A stretch of DNA of 64,000 bases from a virus: positions 2,834 to 66,833 of IMG/VR virus record IMGVR_UViG_3300019487_000028; one strand, given 5' to 3'. The translations under genes were made by a program, and so were the position numbers. Positions 7,724 to 14,230 of this stretch are shown here, one piece after another (position 1 is the stretch's first letter; every line of letters begins with the position of its first letter). The notes under the pieces are model-generated. The model did not search any database and was not told the DNA's origin. It saw nothing but the letters and a program-made list of their open reading frames with translations.

Positions 7724-7737
7724 TCTTTGAAAACTGA
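7724..7737 (+). promoter_or_regulatory. rrn-type boxA-like antitermination element
   Basis: TCTTTGAAAACTGA, about 40 nt before the main tRNA run. Confidence 0.5.
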
Positions 7738-7778
7738 GCGAAGAAGAAAAGGCGGCGCTAGTGTGGAGCGCTGCTCAA

Positions 7779-7871
7779 GGGCGTCACGGGACAAAGGAGT
7801 CCCACCTGGCTGTAAACCAGGCGCCCCCTGATGGGGGATCACGGCAGGTTCGATCCCTGCGGCGCCCACCA
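7779..7871 (+). tRNA. tRNA-Tyr(GTA)
   Basis: CCTGG-CTGTAAA-CCAGG; long variable arm; CCA. Confidence 0.9.
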
Positions 7872-7877
7872 ACTAAT

Positions 7878-7952
7878 GCGACGCGGGCCGGGCGGTAAGG
7901 CTCCAGTCTTCCAAACTGGGAACGCGGGGTTCGACTCCCCGGCGTCGCTCCA
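7878..7952 (+). tRNA. tRNA-Gly(TCC)
   Basis: CCAGT-CTTCCAA-ACTGG; U73; CCA. Confidence 0.9.
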
Positions 7953-8047
7953 AGCAGCCCATCCAGCAGGGCTGAGAGGCGCCTGGCCCGGGCCAGGAAC
8001 CGCGCGCAGGTGCGGGCTCGTCCTAGGGCGAGTGCCGCTGGCTACTC

Positions 8048-8122
8048 GCTCTCGTAGGATCAACAGCAGACCGTCGCCTTGGTAAGGCGAAAGTCCGGGG
8101 GCAGGACCCGGTGAGAGCTCCA
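8048..8122 (+). tRNA. tRNA-Thr(GGT)
   Basis: TCGCC-TTGGTAA-GGCGA; atypical T-loop GGCAGGA; CCA. Confidence 0.85.
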
Positions 8123-8127
8123 CTAAA

Positions 8128-8203
8128 CCACCGCAGGTGCTAGCGGCAGCACGTCGCGCTCTTAACGCGAGAGGTCGGGGTTCGAGCCCCCGGCGGTGGA
8201 CCA
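8128..8203 (+). tRNA. tRNA-Lys(CTT)
   Basis: TCGCG-CTCTTAA-CGCGA; CCA. Confidence 0.9.
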
Positions 8204-8204
8204 T

Positions 8205-8281
8205 CTGCTCGTGGTGGAATGGCAGACACCCTGGTCCGAGAAGCCAGGCTAATAGGGGTTCGAGTCCCCCCGGGCAGACCA
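8205..8281 (+). tRNA. tRNA-Leu(GAG), short variable region
   Basis: CTGGT-CCGAGAA-GCCAG; Leu-type D-loop GGAATGGCAGAC. Confidence 0.85.
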
Positions 8282-8283
8282 TC

Positions 8284-8362
8284 CCCCAGGTACTCCAATC
8301 AGGCAGAGAGCGTCGGCTCAGACCCGGCGAAGGTGGGCGTTCGAGTCGCCCCCTGGGGACCA
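8284..8362 (+). tRNA. tRNA-Leu(CAG), short variable region
   Basis: GTCGG-CTCAGAC-CCGGC; CCA. Confidence 0.85.
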
Positions 8363-8378
8363 AATTCAGAAACGAGAG

Positions 8379-8639
8379 ATGAGAATGGACCCGACGAAGG
8401 ACATGGACCTCGAGAGCCTATACGACGAGTACGTGTACGAGTGTGCATACTGCTGGCTGACCAGGGACAAACACCCGGACAGGGAGTACGCGTCGTACTC
8501 CAGAGACAGGGACATCGTGTCCGCGGCCGCCAGGGAGCACCGCCGCAAGACGGGACACCCGGTCCACGTGTACCTAAAGAAGTGGTTGTACGAGGAGTCG
8601 GGCAGGTCCGACGCCAGAGAAGAGCGGGGCTGTCGCTAG
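8379..8639 (+). CDS. Hypothetical protein, possible zinc-binding
   Basis: CAYC..HRRKTGH pattern. Confidence 0.5.
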   Translation: MRMDPTKDMDLESLYDEYVYECAYCWLTRDKHPDREYASYSRDRDIVSAAAREHRRKTGHPVHVYLKKWLYEESGRSDAREERGCR

Positions 8640-8777
8640 TTAAAAGTCGAGGGCGCTGTACCGGACCCACGGCGCTACACCTTTAAACGGAAGGGCAGGA
8701 GTTAATTGAGACGAACGGCGAGCTGGCCTTCGACTTCCTGGGGCTGTTGGTCCGGCGCTCGCTGTTAACTAAGACGC

Positions 8778-8855
8778 GCGCGGGTGACGGTAACTGGCAA
8801 ACCTCACTGCCTTAGAAGCAGTGGTCTGTGGGTTCGACTCCCACTCCGCGCACCA
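8778..8855 (+). tRNA. tRNA-Leu(TAG), short variable region
   Basis: ACTGC-CTTAGAA-GCAGT; CCA. Confidence 0.9.
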
Positions 8856-8857
8856 CT

Positions 8858-8934
8858 CGCCGCCTAGCCCAGATGGCAGAGGCCCCGTCTTAAACACGGG
8901 TCAAGCGTGGGTTCGACTCCCACGGCGGCGACCA
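8858..8934 (+). tRNA. tRNA-Leu(TAA), short variable region
   Basis: CCCGT-CTTAAAC-ACGGG; CCA. Confidence 0.9.
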
Positions 8935-8936
8935 TA

Positions 8937-9012
8937 CCATCCCTGGCGCAAATGGCAGACGCGCACGGCTCAATCCCGTGAGATCAGGGTTCGAATCCCT
9001 GGGGATGGACCA
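8937..9012 (+). tRNA. tRNA-Leu(CAA), short variable region
   Basis: CACGG-CTCAATC-CCGTG; CCA. Confidence 0.9.
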
Positions 9013-9019
9013 CTCTGGA

Positions 9020-9098
9020 GGGGACGTAGATCCTGCGGGCTAGGATCACTGCGTTGTCAGCGCAGAGGGCGCGGGTTCGAGTCCCGTCGTCCCCGCCA
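9020..9098 (+). tRNA. tRNA-Asp(GTC)
   Basis: CTGCG-TTGTCAG-CGCAG; G73; CCA. Confidence 0.9.
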
Positions 9099-9117
9099 AA
9101 GTGGTACCGACTGTACT

Positions 9118-9192
9118 GGGCGGCTAGTGTTAACGAGAGCACGAGTGGTTTGCACCCACTAGGACGGAGTTTGAATCTCCGGCTGTCCACCA
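9118..9192 (+). tRNA. tRNA-Ala(TGC)
   Basis: AGTGG-TTTGCAC-CCACT; G3.U70 identity pair. Confidence 0.9.
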
Positions 9193-9416
9193 TTTCTTCA
9201 CCGCGGCCGAGCGACCTGGCCGGTGCGGCTCCAAGGCAGGTGCGCAATTCCCGCCAGGAGGCCGCCGCTCCTTTCTCCACTCCTGCGAGGTGGAGGTCGC
9301 GTTCGCAGCCGGACCCGAGACCTGGGCGGAGAGAGCTGCCGCGGGGAGTGAGAAACCCCCAACGCTTACCTGCCGCCGCCTGTCGCAACCGCCGGGTGAG
9401 GGCCCCGGCTTTCTAA

Positions 9417-9490
9417 GCCGCCGTACGCTAATGGAAGGCGACCGTCCTCTCAAGGCGGTGGTCCGAGTTCGATCCTCGGCGGCGGTACCA
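9417..9490 (+). tRNA. tRNA-Glu(CTC)
   Basis: CCGTC-CTCTCAA-GGCGG; CCA. Confidence 0.9.
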
Positions 9491-9492
9491 GA

Positions 9493-9575
9493 CGCGGACG
9501 AGTGGGCACGGACACATAAACCACGTCAGCCTCATAAGCTGAAGATACCGGGTTCGACTCCCGGGTCCGCTCCCA
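9493..9575 (+). tRNA. tRNA-Met(CAT), initiator-like unpaired C1
   Basis: TCAGC-CTCATAA-GCTGA; enlarged D-loop; lacks the GGG/CCC anticodon-stem signature of fMet. Confidence 0.75.
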
Positions 9576-9576
9576 T

Positions 9577-9654
9577 CGCAGGGAAGTTCCTTGGTAGGAA
9601 CGCAGGTCTCATAAGCCTGGCGCTAGTAGGGTTCGAATCCCACCCCTGCGACCA
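9577..9654 (+). tRNA. tRNA-Met/Ile2(CAT)
   Basis: CAGGT-CTCATAA-GCCTG; CCA. Confidence 0.85.
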
Positions 9655-9657
9655 ACG

Positions 9658-9731
9658 AGCCGGTTCGTTCAAAGGAAGGACGGCGGTCCTACAAACCGCT
9701 CATGGGGGTTCGATTCCCTCACCGGCTACCA
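9658..9731 (+). tRNA. tRNA-Val(TAC)
   Basis: GCGGT-CCTACAA-ACCGC; CCA. Confidence 0.85.
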
Positions 9732-9887
9732 CCACAACTCGGTCAGAGAGAAGCCGGCGGGCAGGCCGGAGGCGTCGCGATGCCAAGCGCGGCGTTCTGC
9801 TCGCCGGCTGCTCTGTGGCCGAGACGTCGGGGGTCGACACCCGATTAGCCACGAGGAGCCCGGAGATGGTCAAGCCTCCGGGCCGCT

Positions 9888-9961
9888 GGGTCGCGAGTGT
9901 TGAGGAAGCATGGCAGGTTGTGTCCCTGCCGGGTGGGGTTCGAGTCCCCAGCGACCCTCCA
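9888..9961 (+). tRNA. tRNA-His(GTG)
   Basis: GCAGG-TTGTGTC-CCTGC; CCA. Confidence 0.85.
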
Positions 9962-9962
9962 T

Positions 9963-10036
9963 TGGGGAGAAGTGTTACGGTAGCATCCCGGCGTCGGAAG
10001 CCGGTGGCGAGGGTCCGACTCCCTCCTCTCCAACCA
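9963..10036 (+). tRNA. tRNA-Pro(CGG)
   Basis: CCGGC-GTCGGAA-GCCGG; CCA. Confidence 0.85.
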
Positions 10037-10053
10037 AAATCTCAGTCTGCATC

Positions 10054-10127
10054 CGGGGATTGATGTAACGGAAGCATCCGGCGTTTGGAACGCCGTCGCG
10101 GGAGTTCGACTCTCCTGTCCCCGACCA
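10054..10127 (+). tRNA. tRNA-Pro(TGG)
   Basis: CGGCG-TTTGGAA-CGCCG; CCA. Confidence 0.9.
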
Positions 10128-10128
10128 T

Positions 10129-10203
10129 CGGGCCTTAGCTCAACGGCAGAGCACTCGGCTGGGGGCCGAGGAAATGCGAGTTCGAGTCTCGTGGGCCCGA
10201 CCA
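10129..10203 (+). tRNA. tRNA-Pro(GGG)
   Basis: CTCGG-CTGGGGG-CCGAG; CCA. Confidence 0.9.
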
Positions 10204-10454
10204 ATAACCAACGACGCACTGAGCGGTGGAGCCGTGGCGGGTGGCTCCAGACTGAAAGCTGCGAACACGGGGAGCGCTTTACCAGTCAAAGGGCGCGAGG
10301 ATCCGGACCGCGGCCCCGCCCTGCTTCATTCCTAGGTCAATGAAGTGAGACGACCTCGTGCGGTACGTATGGCCTGCGGGAGTGAGAATCTCCCGGAGGT
10401 GCAGGAATCATTCTCCTGAGTTCTCGGCCAGCGTGTAGAAACCGCACACCTTAC

Positions 10455-10530
10455 TGCGGTGTAGCACAACGGAAGTGCGGTCGGCTCTGAACCGACGTCA
10501 ATGGGGGTTCGACTCCCTCCGCCGCAGCCA
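10455..10530 (+). tRNA. tRNA-Gln(CTG)
   Basis: GTCGG-CTCTGAA-CCGAC; U1-A72; G73. Confidence 0.9.
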
Positions 10531-10533
10531 AAC

Positions 10534-10607
10534 TGGGGGATCATTCAATGGTAGGATGCGCCGCTGTTACCGGCGTCATGGCGGTTCGAGTCCGCCGCCC
10601 CCAGCCA
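10534..10607 (+). tRNA. tRNA-Asn(GTT)
   Basis: CGCCG-CTGTTAC-CGGCG; CCA. Confidence 0.85.
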
Positions 10608-10634
10608 ACTGCCAGAGGTTTTCAATCGTACCGT

Positions 10635-10735
10635 GGCGGGGCGGGGCGCGGCTCGGCGTAGCTCGGCAAGGCGCGGCACGGCAAGGGACGTACCTTCGGG
10701 GAGTCGGCCGCACTCCGATGATAGACCGGGGGGTC
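10635..10735 (+). ncRNA. GGC-NN array 5 (10 units) plus stem-loop
   Basis: NN = GG GG GC TC GT TC AA GC AC AA; between tRNA-Asn and tRNA-Lys. Confidence 0.8.
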
Positions 10736-10745
10736 GGAAATTCGG

Positions 10746-10821
10746 GGGACCGTAGCAAAAGATGGGTTGCGCCCGCCTTTTAAGCGGAACAACGTCGGTT
10801 CGATTCCGACCGGTCCCACCA
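10746..10821 (+). tRNA. tRNA-Lys(TTT)
   Basis: CCCGC-CTTTTAA-GCGGA; CCA. Confidence 0.9.
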
Positions 10822-10829
10822 TACGGATT

Positions 10830-10903
10830 CCACGGATCGTCCAAAGGTAGGACGCGCGGCCGATAACCGCGCAATGTGAGTTCGATTCTCGCTCCGTGGA
10901 CCA
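10830..10903 (+). tRNA. tRNA-Ile(GAT)
   Basis: CGCGG-CCGATAA-CCGCG; CCA. Confidence 0.9.
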
Positions 10904-10906
10904 ACC

Positions 10907-10979
10907 GCCGGTCAGGCCGAGGTGGCCAAACTGCCCCGTAAGCAGCAGGGCGTGGGTTCGACTCCCCGGGCCGGCTCCA
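10907..10979 (+). tRNA. tRNA-Thr(CGT)
   Basis: Loop CCCGTAA; short D-arm; U73; CCA. Confidence 0.7.
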
Positions 10980-10994
10980 CAAAATAGGAGCTAA

Positions 10995-11345
10995 GTGGCG
11001 ATCAGTATCAAAGTCTTTGGTGGCACCGCGTCTTCCGACGAGAAGTCGCTCTGCCTCTCGTGCAAGAGGGCGACGATTATCCGGGGCCAAGCTCTCGACG
11101 AAGAGATCATCGAGTGCGGCGCTCTGTCCGGCGGTGGGGACCGGCTGTCCGGCGGTGGGGACCGGATCAGGTTCAAGGTCACCAGCTGCAACGCTTACAG
11201 AGACAGCGCGCAGCCCTCCCTCCAGGACATGCAGGAGTTGGCGTGGGTCCTGAAGACCGACAACAGGACCAGGACGATCGGGTTCGTCCCGGCAAAGAAG
11301 CTGAGCTCCGCCGAGCGGTATTCCTTGACGGAATATCAGGACTGA
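10995..11345 (+). CDS. Cys-containing hypothetical protein
   Basis: AGGAG RBS; contains an in-frame 21-bp tandem duplication (LSGGGDR x2, 11124-11165). Confidence 0.6.
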   Translation: MAISIKVFGGTASSDEKSLCLSCKRATIIRGQALDEEIIECGALSGGGDRLSGGGDRIRFKVTSCNAYRDSAQPSLQDMQELAWVLKTDNRTRTIGFVPAKKLSSAERYSLTEYQD

Positions 11346-11364
11346 AACGCGAGAGGGGGGAGGA

Positions 11365-11559
11365 ATGAGTAACTGCGAGAGGGCCAACGGGGACACGAGC
11401 TTCATCGGCCGCTTTGGGGGGACGAGCTGTACCTGCCCGGTAGGCTCTCAGGCGCCGGTGTGCCAGTGGTGTGCGGAGGTCATCACCGCTCTTGACGAGA
11501 TCAGACGGCAGGCGTGGAACGAAGGCTGGGACGCGAGAAGGAGGGCCACGAAGTGGTGA
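11365..11559 (+). CDS. Small zinc-binding hypothetical protein
   Basis: GGAGG RBS; CTC..CQWC. Confidence 0.5.
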   Translation: MSNCERANGDTSFIGRFGGTSCTCPVGSQAPVCQWCAEVITALDEIRRQAWNEGWDARRRATKW

Positions 11560-11996
11560 ACGCCCAAGTGACCAAGCAGCAGCTCGACGCCTACCGGAAG
11601 ATGGACGTGTGGGCGATGCTGCTGAGTAGCAGCCCACTCATTTACTTGTGTACCCGAGCCCAGGTACTGTGGTTCGATCGCAAAATTTCGGGTGATGAGT
11701 TCAAGTACGTGCTCGGGGTCGTGGAGAAGGCCCGGCCCACCGAGGCCGAGCAACCCAGAATGGTGCGCTTCTTCACATCTCCCAGTGTGGGCGTCCCGCT
11801 CACCGCGCCGCAAACTGTGGGTCCTCGAACAGATCGCCAAGGCCGGACAGGAGGCGATCCAGAACTGAAGTCCGCAGTGCTCCTCAAGCTAACCCAGTGG
11901 AAGCGCTTCGCTGAAGACGAAGAGGGCCCGGTGCGACACCGGGGGGGGGCACCACTACGGGGGCGCAACGGTATCGACCGGGGCGCTTCGGCGTGA
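11556..11996 (+). CDS. Hypothetical protein
   Basis: GTGA overlap; the 3' end runs into the tmRNA 5' end. Confidence 0.45.
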   Translation: MNAQVTKQQLDAYRKMDVWAMLLSSSPLIYLCTRAQVLWFDRKISGDEFKYVLGVVEKARPTEAEQPRMVRFFTSPSVGVPLTAPQTVGPRTDRQGRTGGDPELKSAVLLKLTQWKRFAEDEEGPVRHRGGAPLRGRNGIDRGASA

Positions 11997-12262
11997 CGTG
12001 CAGGCGGAGGGGCTCCGAGTCTCCCTCCTAAATCTCGACCGGAAACCTCAAGCGCAGACTACGCTCTGCCGCAGGCCGCCTAGGCGGCCTCGTCGCCCAG
12101 GTTCCTCCCTCGCTAGTGCCTGGAGCGGCGTCACGACGGCGAGGACCAGTACCCCAACGCCGTGAAGGGGTGACGCTCACGGCCAACTGACGCACACAAG
12201 CCTGTGCAACTCGTCGCGTCGTTCGTGTCGGGACGCGGGTTCGACTCCCGCCGCCTCCACCA
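11959..12262 (+). ncRNA. ssrA: tmRNA (SsrA)
   Basis: 5' GGGGGCGCAACGGTATCGAC and 3' GCGGGTTCGACTCCCGCCGCCTCCACCA (G3.U pair); tag frame ...ADYALPQAA-TAG with the stop in a hairpin. Confidence 0.9.
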
Positions 12263-12282
12263 CTTCTCAAGGGGGACAAGAC

Positions 12283-12354
12283 GCCACCCGGTCACGGGAC
12301 CGGCGGAGGTTTGTATCTTCAGCCAGCGGGGTTCGACTCCCCGGGGTGGCTCCA
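12283..12354 (+). tRNA. tRNA-Thr(TGT), weak D-arm
   Basis: Acceptor GCCACCC/GGGTGGC; loop TTTGTAT; U73; CCA. Confidence 0.65.
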
Positions 12355-12359
12355 GAAAC

Positions 12360-12433
12360 GGGGTCGTATGCTAACGGTAGGCGGGCTGCCTTTCACGCAG
12401 TTGATGCGGGTTCGACTCCCGCCGACCCCACCA
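12360..12433 (+). tRNA. tRNA-Glu(TTC)
   Basis: GCTGC-CTTTCAC-GCAGT; CCA. Confidence 0.9.
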
Positions 12434-12444
12434 AACAGGAGAGC

Positions 12445-12618
12445 ATGCAGATGGCGTGGGCACACAAGAGGAAGGGAAAGAAGCGCAAGCGCGAACTCCG
12501 CATCGTCCGCGAGCTTCACCGCCGCAGCGGTCCTAAAGCGGGCCACGGGTGGGCCGCCCGCAGGGCTGCCCGAAGAGCCAACGTTTCTGCTTCGAAGCGG
12601 AAGCGCCGGAAGGTCTAG
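12445..12618 (+). CDS. Small very basic protein
   Basis: AGGAG RBS; Arg/Lys-rich. Confidence 0.45.
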   Translation: MQMAWAHKRKGKKRKRELRIVRELHRRSGPKAGHGWAARRAARRANVSASKRKRRKV

Positions 12619-12630
12619 GGACTCTCTCTG

Positions 12631-12813
12631 ATGGGGAAACACGTCACTCGGGCAGACGTTGTGCTGGACCTCTACCACAGGGGCTACTCCGTCACTGAGA
12701 TCGCGAAGGAGTTGTGCTGGAAAGGCCCCCGGTCGGAAATCAGAGCCATAATCGAAGAGTCAGGATCGGATCCGGACGATTCCCCGAGTACCGGCCAGGT
12801 CTCCGAAACCTGA
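12631..12813 (+). CDS. Small HTH-like protein
   Basis: LYHRGYSVTEIAKEL. Confidence 0.5.
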   Translation: MGKHVTRADVVLDLYHRGYSVTEIAKELCWKGPRSEIRAIIEESGSDPDDSPSTGQVSET

Positions 12814-12857
12814 CGCCGTAACTGGAGATGCGGGTTCGAGTCCCGCCTCGGGGTCCA
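12782..12857 (+). tRNA. D-armless tRNA-like RNA, anticodon CCG (Arg)
   Basis: CCCCGAG/CTCGGGG acceptor; only 7 nt before CAGGT-CTCCGAA-ACCTG; 17-nt variable region; full T-arm; CCA. Confidence 0.6.
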
Positions 12858-12860
12858 CAA

Positions 12861-12934
12861 AGCCGCGTGGTCCAACGGAAAGGCGTAGGGCTACGAACCC
12901 TGAGATGGCAGTTCGACTCTGCCCGCGGCTTCCA
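12861..12934 (+). tRNA. tRNA-Arg(ACG)
   Basis: TAGGG-CTACGAA-CCCTG; CCA. Confidence 0.9.
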
Positions 12935-12936
12935 GA

Positions 12937-13011
12937 GCTCCACATTCGCGGCGGACGCGAACCGGTTTCCTAAACCGGCAAAGCGGGGTTCGACTCCCCG
13001 GTGGGGCTCCA
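12937..13011 (+). tRNA. tRNA-Arg(CCT)
   Basis: CCGGT-TTCCTAA-ACCGG; CCA. Confidence 0.9.
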
Positions 13012-13025
13012 TCTTCATCCAACGT

Positions 13026-13136
13026 GGCCCGGCGAGGCGGGGCGCGGCGCGGCCCGGCTGGGCTAGGCGAGGCGCGGCAAGGCAAGGGACGTACCCTCGG
13101 GGAGTCGGCCGCACGCCGATGATAGACCGGGGGGTC
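13026..13136 (+). ncRNA. GGC-NN array 6 (12 units) plus stem-loop
   Basis: NN = CC GA GG GC GC CC TG TA GA GC AA AA; between two tRNA-Arg genes. Confidence 0.8.
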
Positions 13137-13144
13137 GTGACGGA

Positions 13145-13218
13145 GGCCCGCTGGTGGTGGACACCGCCGGCACTTCTAATGCCGGACCATCTCGGTTCGA
13201 CTCCGGGGCGGGCTTCCA
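13145..13218 (+). tRNA. tRNA-Arg(TCT)
   Basis: CGGCA-CTTCTAA-TGCCG; CCA. Confidence 0.85.
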
Positions 13219-13225
13219 GTTTCAT

Positions 13226-13314
13226 CCACGGTGGGAGGACGGTTCTCAGGGCGGCCTATAACCGCTCCCCCAGATCGGGGCCAGAACGGGGTTCGACTCC
13301 CCGACCGTGGTCCA
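13226..13314 (+). tRNA. tRNA with TAT anticodon (Ile) and long variable arm
   Basis: GGCGG-CCTATAA-CCGCT; variable hairpin CCCC-(CAGATC)-GGGG; U73; CCA. Confidence 0.75.
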
Positions 13315-13428
13315 TTGTTTGGGAGGGAGACAAAACGTGGTCGAGTTTGGTTCTGAAGGCTACACCGCAAGGCTGTCTGGATGGCGCTGAAGGATGGGCC
13401 TCCTGCTAGCAGCGGTGGGGAGGTCGGA

Positions 13429-13842
13429 GTGAAGGTGGCAGTAGTAGGTTCGAGGAACTTCAAGTATCTGGACCTCGTGAAGGACTACATCGACTCCCTA
13501 CCGGACAAGACGGTGGTGGTCACGGGAGGGGCTCGCGGAGTCGATGCTGCGGCCGAGGATGCAGCCAGGAAGCGGGGCCTGGAGGTGGTCGTGGTGACTC
13601 CCGACTACTCTTCGTATGGCCACATCGCCACGAAGGTCAGGAACTCGGTCATAGCCAGGATGGCCGACAAGGTGACGGCCTTCTGGGACGGGCTCTCGGG
13701 AGGTACGGCCAACACGCTAGCGTGGGCCGCAGTTTGGGGACGGCCAGTTGAGGTCTTCATGAAACGCAGATGGCGCAACACGCTCCACTCAACATGGGGA
13801 CCGACGGATGCCCGAGGAGTGGGCAGTACGAAGGGGGGTTGA
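13429..13842 (+). CDS. SLOG-family protein (YspA/DUF2493-like)
   Basis: VAVVGSR, VVTGGARGVD, RN and FWDG.SGGTANT motifs. Confidence 0.8.
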   Translation: MKVAVVGSRNFKYLDLVKDYIDSLPDKTVVVTGGARGVDAAAEDAARKRGLEVVVVTPDYSSYGHIATKVRNSVIARMADKVTAFWDGLSGGTANTLAWAAVWGRPVEVFMKRRWRNTLHSTWGPTDARGVGSTKGG

Positions 13843-13844
13843 TA

Positions 13845-14126
13845 ATGAGCAAGGCGAGACAGAAACTCGTTCGTAAAGCCCTGAGGGCAAAAGAGAGCGA
13901 GTGTCGCTCCTGGAGGTACTACGTCGTTGTCGAGGAAGGCGGGCATCCCCTCAACATGGGGATCGACGGATGCCTGTGGAGAGGAATGGGCAGTGAAGCC
14001 TGCTCAAATATGTTTTTCAGTAGCAGGCGCGCCGCCAGTTCGGCCATCACGAGGACGGTGAGGCGGGGCCTCGCCTGGACTCGGGACAACAAGCTCAGGG
14101 TCGTGGAGAAGCTGGAGCGGTTCTGA
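13845..14126 (+). CDS. Hypothetical protein
   Basis: GGGGG RBS followed by ATG. Confidence 0.5.
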   Translation: MSKARQKLVRKALRAKESECRSWRYYVVVEEGGHPLNMGIDGCLWRGMGSEACSNMFFSSRRAASSAITRTVRRGLAWTRDNKLRVVEKLERF

Positions 14127-14133
14127 CCACACT

Positions 14134-14203
14134 GGAGGGTGCGCAGTTGGACAGCGGGTCGCCTGCTAAGCGGTCTAACGGGGTTCGATTCCCCGACCCT
14201 CCG
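14134..14203 (+). tRNA. tRNA-Ser(GCT), no variable arm, CCA not encoded
   Basis: GGAGGGT/ACCCTCC; loop CTGCTAA; 4-nt variable region; G73. Confidence 0.8.
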
Positions 14204-14230
14204 AACCTGAGAAGCTGGAGACAAAAGTAC

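Noticed and set aside
10275-10310. TTTACCAGTCA...TCCGGA resemblance to SRP RNA
   Set aside because: The conserved CAGG/GGAAGGAAGCAG domain IV elements are missing.
11124-11165. 21-bp tandem duplication in the 10995-11345 ORF
   Set aside because: In-frame two-copy duplication; likely slippage or an assembly artefact with no wider pattern.
13226-13314. Amber suppressor (CTA) reading of this tRNA
   Set aside because: The GGCGG/CCGCT stem fixes a 7-nt loop CCTATAA with TAT centred; TAG is also used as a normal stop in many genes here.
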